A stretch of DNA of 62,416 nucleotides, the filler included. It is 6 parts of 6 records of this genome, joined end to end, with 100 filler letters (N's around TTAATTAATTAA, not from the genome) between each part and the next. Parts side by side here need not be neighbours in the genome. Positions count along the whole stretch, not along the records: positions 57,303 to 62,416 come from SRR2962707_2386; 5 more parts are not named here. One strand, 5' to 3'. Of this stretch, positions 57,305-62,416 are shown piece by piece (the first letter of the stretch is position 1; each line of letters opens with the position of its first letter). The position numbers and the translations under genes are program-made. Below the pieces are notes generated by a model. The model was not told the DNA's origin, did not search any database, and saw only the letters and a program-made list of their open reading frames with translations.

Positions 57305-58870
57305 GAAAAAGAAGAAGAAGAAGCAGAAGAAGCACCGAAGAAGTCACCGAAGCGCTCGAAGAAGCAGCGCCAGAAGGCGGCAGCCAAGGCCCGCAAGGCC
57401 GCTGAAGCGGAAGAGGCGCGCAAGGCCGAGCAGGCTGCTAAGAAAGCCGCCAAGAAGAAGGCGCGCAAGGCCCGCCAGGCACAAGGTGCTGCTACGACCG
57501 AGTCGGACGCCGATGTGGCTGCAGCCCTCGCTGCGGAGGAAGAGGTGCAGGCTGCCTCGTGGGAAGACGATGACGACGATGCAGGTGAATGGGAGGACGT
57601 TTCCGCTATCCGTAAGGCCAAGAAGCAGTCGCCCAAGCGCAGGGCCGAGGGCAAGACCGGCGGCGGCGGCGGCCCCACAGTGCGCAAGACCATCGATGTG
57701 GGCCGGTCCATTCCTGCTCTCATGGGCAAGGGCGGCTCCAACATCCAGGCGATCCGCGAGGCCACGGGCGTCAACATCACCATCCCCAAGCGCGAGGAGA
57801 ACTCCTCGGTCGTTACCGTCGTGGGCTCCGCCGATGGCGTGACTGCTGCTCTCGAGATGATCCAGGCCAAAATCGACGGCAATGGCAGCCCCCGCGTGGA
57901 CGACCGCGACTCGGCGACCATCACCATCGAGGAGGGTGACGTGCGCCTTGTCATTGGCCGCGGCGGCTCCACCATCAAGCTCATCGAGGACGAGTGCGGC
58001 GCCTCCCTCAATGTCTCCAAGGAGGGCACTCCGACCGTCGTCATCCGCGGAGACCAGGACCAAATCGCAGCGGCCAAGCACCTCATTGCCAAGGTCATTG
58101 CCGGTCGCGGACTCCTCAACGGAGTGCGCGAGACGATCGCCCTCCGCGACGGCCAGGCGCGCGTGGTCATTGGCGCTCGCGGTGCGACCGTCAACGGCAT
58201 CAAGGACTCCACTGGTGCGCAGCTCAAGATTTCGGACACCCAAGTGGAGATCTTCGGCACCCCCGAGCAGGTCAAAGCGGCTGCAACGGCTGTGGCGGGT
58301 CTGCTTGCCGACTACGTCTCCGCGACCATGGAGGTTGACGGCCGCCAGTGCGGCACCATCATCGGCTCCAAGGGCGCCACCATCTCCAAGCTGCAGCGCG
58401 AGTCTGGCGCGAGCATCAATGTCGACAGTGACTCCAACGTCGTGACCATCTCCGGCTCCAAGGCTGCCGTCGCCAAGGCGCAGGCTGCCATCACTGCTGT
58501 TCTCGAGGCCCCCCGCACCTTCTCACCTCTGGATGCTGGCGTGAGCTCCGAAATCATCGAACTCGGCAACAGCGTGTCCCGCGTGATCGGCCGCCGTGGT
58601 GCCACCGTCCAAAAGATCTCCGGCGATACCGGCGCCAAGCTCGACTTTATCGACCAGACCTGCCGCATCTCGGGCACTGACGAACAAGTTGCCGAGGCCC
58701 AGAAGGCCGTGCAGGCCATTCTGGACGCCGAGGCGAAGCGCGCCGAAGCCCAGGAGCGCATGGCCGCCGAGCGTGCCGCCGCTGCTGTTGCCGCCGCCGA
58801 GGCTGGTGAGGGCGCCGACGACGAGGATGGCCTCGGCGAAGACGACCTCATGGACGCCGCAGGCTGGTAA
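57305..58870 (+). CDS. Eukaryotic multi-KH-domain RNA-binding protein (five KH domains; 5' end cut by contig edge)
   Basis: Frame open from the contig edge (EKEEEEAEEAPKK...); GxxG loops MGKGG, IGRGG, IGARG, IGSKG, IGRRG; Lys-rich N-region, acidic tail. Confidence 0.9.
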   Translation, partial: EKEEEEAEEAPKKSPKRSKKQRQKAAAKARKAAEAEEARKAEQAAKKAAKKKARKARQAQGAATTESDADVAAALAAEEEVQAASWEDDDDDAGEWEDVSAIRKAKKQSPKRRAEGKTGGGGGPTVRKTIDVGRSIPALMGKGGSNIQAIREATGVNITIPKREENSSVVTVVGSADGVTAALEMIQAKIDGNGSPRVDDRDSATITIEEGDVRLVIGRGGSTIKLIEDECGASLNVSKEGTPTVVIRGDQDQIAAAKHLIAKVIAGRGLLNGVRETIALRDGQARVVIGARGATVNGIKDSTGAQLKISDTQVEIFGTPEQVKAAATAVAGLLADYVSATMEVDGRQCGTIIGSKGATISKLQRESGASINVDSDSNVVTISGSKAAVAKAQAAITAVLEAPRTFSPLDAGVSSEIIELGNSVSRVIGRRGATVQKISGDTGAKLDFIDQTCRISGTDEQVAEAQKAVQAILDAEAKRAEAQERMAAERAAAAVAAAEAGEGADDEDGLGEDDLMDAAGW

Positions 58871-59497
58871 ATGCCGTGCGCCGCTCTCCGCCGCCTGGCC
58901 ATTCCGGACAACACAGCCTGTTGGACTTTCTGTTTTGAAAATCCAACAAAAGCTTTGTGTTGCCCGGAATGGCCGGTGGCGGTGGAGAGCGCTGCTGCCG
59001 CACTTCGCCGCTCTGAATCTAACCCGAACCCCGCTGCCCGAACCCGAAAAGAATGAAAAATAAAGAGAAAACACGAAAACACGACATAGTAATCCAGCAA
59101 AGAACGCGTACTTCCCACCACGCCACCCATGCGACACTTATGACGATGTCTGTCACATGGATTCATTACTGCCATCACGACCTAGCGGAACGTATTCTAT
59201 CCGTAGACCCAGTTTCCCTCGAGCAAAGCTAAGGGATGGGCCGGATGAGTTCGCCTGCCAATACGCTGCACGGTCTCTGCCAGGATCACTTGCAACAAAC
59301 GCCCCGCCACCACACGCGCGCGCGAGCATCCCACGGTCCTCCGTGTTTGCTCGCGTGCGGCACGAGGCCAGGCGCATGCTGCTTTGTTTTTTGAATAACT
59401 CTTTTATCTTTTACATTTGATTCTACCATCCAAGTGCCTTGCTCGCCACCAACCTCCGTGTGAGTTCGAAAATGTAAGTTAGGTGTGCAGTAGTGTA

Positions 59498-59514
59498 TGT
59501 GTGTGTGTGTGTGT
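59498..59514. repeat. (TG)n microsatellite
   Basis: About eight TG units in eukaryotic intergenic DNA. Confidence 0.8.
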
Positions 59515-59862
59515 CATGCGAGCATTTACCCATGAATTGATCAGTACAAGTGTCAACTCAAGGAGCCAAAAGCCATAAAAAAACAAAGGGCGCCGCAATC
59601 GGCACTGTGCAACAGCACGCGGAATCGTTCACTGTTTACGAGAGCGCGAGAAGGCACCACTTGGGCGGATTGGACTCCCAGTTCGGTCGCGGAAGGGAAG
59701 TCCCGTTGAGTCCGACGATTGGGGCTGCGAGCAATTAGGTTGGCATTGTTTTTCGTGAGAGAATGCTGTTGCCAGGGAACTCGTGTGCCACTGCGACCAA
59801 GTTTGTGGAAAACAAGATTGCGAGAGAAGAAAAGTGGTGCATGCATCGCTTGCGAAGATCTA

Positions 59863-60064
59863 CTACTCGCGGTGGTGACGCACCCGGCTTTGACCTCCGT
59901 TCCGAAGCTCCTGCACGCGCGAGCTTTTGTACTCCGCCGTGAGCGATAGAATACGCGTGAGATTGTTTTTCTTCGGCTTACTACCAGTCAAACCATCTTG
60001 CCCATTCTTGGCGCTAAATGCAACCGGCGTTTCCGGGACATGTTCCACGGGCTGGCCGCCGTAC
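59863..60064 (-). CDS. Putative terminal exon of the kinesin gene
   Basis: Donor GTACGT at 60209 and acceptor ATAAC...CAG at 60065 join in frame: ...SPLK-YGGQPVEHVPETP...RHHRE*. Confidence 0.45.
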
Positions 60065-60169
60065 CTGTCGCGGGTTATTGACCATTGCGAACGGCATACT
60101 GTAAGTTTGGGGGACGGACTTTCACGACACGAACAAATGACAATGCAACGAAGCGGTTCGGCTTTGGAT

Positions 60170-62188
60170 TCATTGTAAATGAGCGGCAAACGAGGAAGTG
60201 CTGACGTACTTGAGTGGTGAAGATGTAGTGGCTTGGTTGAAGATTTCCTTTCCCTTGGACACGCGGCGGCTTCCAGGTGCATCATTCTCGTCGTTACTAC
60301 CGTTTCCCGAGCTGAGCTTGCGCTGAGCCGCGAGGCCAGGCGTCATAATCGGAGTGCCAGCCGCAGATGATGATGCCACAACCACGTGCTTGTTGGTCAC
60401 AACCCCTCCTGCCACGGCGATTGGCATGTCAGACTTGGCAGTGACAACTGCCTGCTGCATGGTGGCCACGAATGCATCAAAGACACCCTGGCTTGCAACC
60501 AGCTTCTCGGCTTCGGCCGCAGTGTCCGCCCGGGACTCTACCAGTTGGGTTGTGAGGTCCATCACCTTAGCCTCGAGGCGGGCGTTCTTCTCCTTCAACA
60601 AGGCGGCCTGCTCCTCCAACTTGGTGATGATGGATCCCTTGCTACCGTCCTGGGTTTGGAGTGACTCGAGTTGACTGGCAGCATCGGTCTGAGCTACCAA
60701 TGCAGCGTCACGCTGCGCAGTAACCTCGAGGATCTGACTCTGTGCCGTTTCAAGGGCTTCGGCCATCAGTTTCAGACTTGGTGGTCCGTGGTACACAGCT
60801 CCAACACCAGCTTCTCCCGAGACCCGGCGGGCCACTTCAGCGTTGCTGCCGATAACAGCGTCCCAGGTCGCGCGCACACCTTCCACTTCGGCGCGGTTGG
60901 CAGCCTCCATCGCAGCAATCTTCTGCTCGGCCTTGCCCAATGCAGCACTTTGGCTCTTCGTCTGCTCGCGAAGCTGACGTAGTTCTTTCTGAATCACGTC
61001 ATAGGCACTCTTCTCAAGCACCACACCATTTTTGGCATATTGGGCTTTCAGCGTGCGCTTGAGAGTGAGGATCTCGCCTTCGAGGTTCTTGATGAGTGAG
61101 GCGTGTGACAGTTGGCAGTTTTGAACTGGACGGTTGCGGATCTCCTTGGCATTCTGGGCGTAGTTGAGGGTATTTTTGCTCTCTTTTGCCTGCGTTCGGC
61201 AAGGGCTAACTGTAGCAATGATGCAGGTGCGGGCTTTGCCGCCCAACGACTCTTTGAGGAGCCGAGTGAGCTTTGAGTCGCGGTAGGGAATGTAGCCGTC
61301 CTGCTTGACCAGTGCGGTGATGACGCGGCCAAGGGTGACGAGGGACTGATTAATGTTTTTGGCCTCGGCTGCGCGCTTGCCTCGGGACTTGGAGTCGCTG
61401 CTACACTCCGAGCCGGCGAGGTCCACAAGATTGAGCTGACCGATTTTAACGCGTTGATCGCCGGTGATCGGATCAGTCTCCTTAATCTGTACTTTGAGGG
61501 AGAAAAGGGCGTGGGAGCGACTGGAGCGGTCGTTCATTCCTGTTTGCGCAGTCACGCGGCGTGACATGGCCTTCATGAGCGTTGTGTAAATCTGTGCGGC
61601 ACTTGTGACCGGTACCTCCTCGACATTCATCAGCACCTCGCCTCGCGCGTCACCGGAGTCTTGGATCTTGATGGGCCTGTCCTGCGACCCAGGAATGTAC
61701 AGCAGGTCCTTCAGCTCCTCGTTGTACAACTCGATGCAGGAGGCACGCATGGAGAATTCCACGTTCATGCTCTCCAGCCGGTGGAAGATCTCTTCCGACA
61801 CACGAGGGATCATTCCATACCCATCACGGTTGTTACGGTCCTCGCCATAGCAGCCCTGCATCGTGTGGGTTTTGCCGGTGCCTGTCTGTCCGTAGGCAAA
61901 CACGACGCACGAAAAACCCTGAAGAATTTCGTCGACGTAGGGCCGCACGCATTGGTTGTACACCTCTTCCTGGCTGGCCTCGCACCCGAACACGCCATCG
62001 AAGTCAAAGGTGGTGGAGCTCTGCTTGTTGGCAATTCCGATGCGCTGGCTGTCAACTGTCTGCACAACGACGGCATCGCCGGAGTTCTTCTCCTTCCTGC
62101 TCTTGGGACGGATGCGGACGAACACCTTGACATTCTCGGAGTTGCCCTCCGAGATCCGGCGCTCGGAAGCCCCACCGCTGCTGGACAT
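60170..62188 (-). CDS. Kinesin-5 (BimC/Eg5)-like motor protein
   Basis: GQTGTGKT, NDRSSRSH, DLAGSE, PYRDSKLTRLL..SLGGKARTCIIATVSP, kinesin-5-type neck NRP..N......LIK....EI..LK......KNGV; coiled-coil stalk; ATG at 62188. Confidence 0.9.
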   Translation of the reverse strand: MSSSGGASERRISEGNSENVKVFVRIRPKSRKEKNSGDAVVVQTVDSQRIGIANKQSSTTFDFDGVFGCEASQEEVYNQCVRPYVDEILQGFSCVVFAYGQTGTGKTHTMQGCYGEDRNNRDGYGMIPRVSEEIFHRLESMNVEFSMRASCIELYNEELKDLLYIPGSQDRPIKIQDSGDARGEVLMNVEEVPVTSAAQIYTTLMKAMSRRVTAQTGMNDRSSRSHALFSLKVQIKETDPITGDQRVKIGQLNLVDLAGSECSSDSKSRGKRAAEAKNINQSLVTLGRVITALVKQDGYIPYRDSKLTRLLKESLGGKARTCIIATVSPCRTQAKESKNTLNYAQNAKEIRNRPVQNCQLSHASLIKNLEGEILTLKRTLKAQYAKNGVVLEKSAYDVIQKELRQLREQTKSQSAALGKAEQKIAAMEAANRAEVEGVRATWDAVIGSNAEVARRVSGEAGVGAVYHGPPSLKLMAEALETAQSQILEVTAQRDAALVAQTDAASQLESLQTQDGSKGSIITKLEEQAALLKEKNARLEAKVMDLTTQLVESRADTAAEAEKLVASQGVFDAFVATMQQAVVTAKSDMPIAVAGGVVTNKHVVVASSSAAGTPIMTPGLAAQRKLSSGNGSNDENDAPGSRRVSKGKEIFNQATTSSPLKYVSTSSFAAHLQ

Positions 62189-62401
62189 TTGCAAAGAGAG
62201 AAGAGAGAACGAAGAGGGGTCGCTGCTGAAAGAGGCTCTGCTGCTCGCTTGTATGCTGTGTACGCTGCAGGCAGTCGGCAAGAAAGGTCGTGAAATCAAG
62301 CAAACTCGAATAACGTTTTCTTCGCAGTTTTTGGGTTGTTGCGATTGTGAGTGTCTCCTAAGTGAGCCAAGTCAGCCACCGAAAAAAACAAGACGCACAA
62401 A

Positions 62402-62416
62402 ACCACCACCACCACC
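62402..62416. repeat. (ACC)n microsatellite at the window end
   Basis: ACCACCACCACCACC. Confidence 0.7.

Noticed and set aside
58871..59860. Possible snoRNA or small gene in the eukaryotic intergenic region
   Set aside because: No convincing paired C/D or H/ACA boxes and no coding signal; consistent with 3' UTRs of convergent genes.

Overview
This window is not one locus. It holds six unrelated contigs joined by artificial 100-bp spacers (N44-TTAATTAATTAA-N44), consistent with a mixed, probably aquatic or marine, metagenome. (1) 1-7725: an AT-rich, Flavobacteriaceae-like contig with a TPR histidine kinase, an ECF sigma/anti-sigma pair, NDH-2, an aldo/keto reductase, xerD and degenerate short tandem repeats. 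(2) 7826-21469: a GC-rich alphaproteobacterium with the end of fliN, a TetR + RND efflux pair, a large beta-propeller surface protein, hydrolases, and a low-GC PLD-family nuclease gene split by a single-base frameshift. (3) 21570-35295: a Parvibaculum-like housekeeping block (yidC, engB, argB, mutL, pgi, an M16 peptidase pair, lspA, ileS). (4) 35396-46948: a Rhodobacteraceae block (etfAB, M48/DUF898, parC, PduO-type adenosyltransferase, P450, first 10 codons of tuf). (5) 47049-57202: a compact, atypical Pel-like polysaccharide locus with a GGDEF-less PelD, split PelA, short barrel-less PelB and no PelC. It lies between an unusual tRNA-Cys-like gene with an 8-nt anticodon loop and the 3' end of a tRNA (Gln-like), and carries a frameshifted receiver-domain relic. 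(6) 57303-62416: a eukaryotic (protist-like) contig with a multi-KH protein and a kinesin-5-like gene that probably has a hidden terminal exon. The best candidates for new biology are the contig-5 island (tRNA-like gene plus minimal Pel system) and the PLD nuclease fusion. All family and taxon calls come from motif recognition by eye; no database searches were run.
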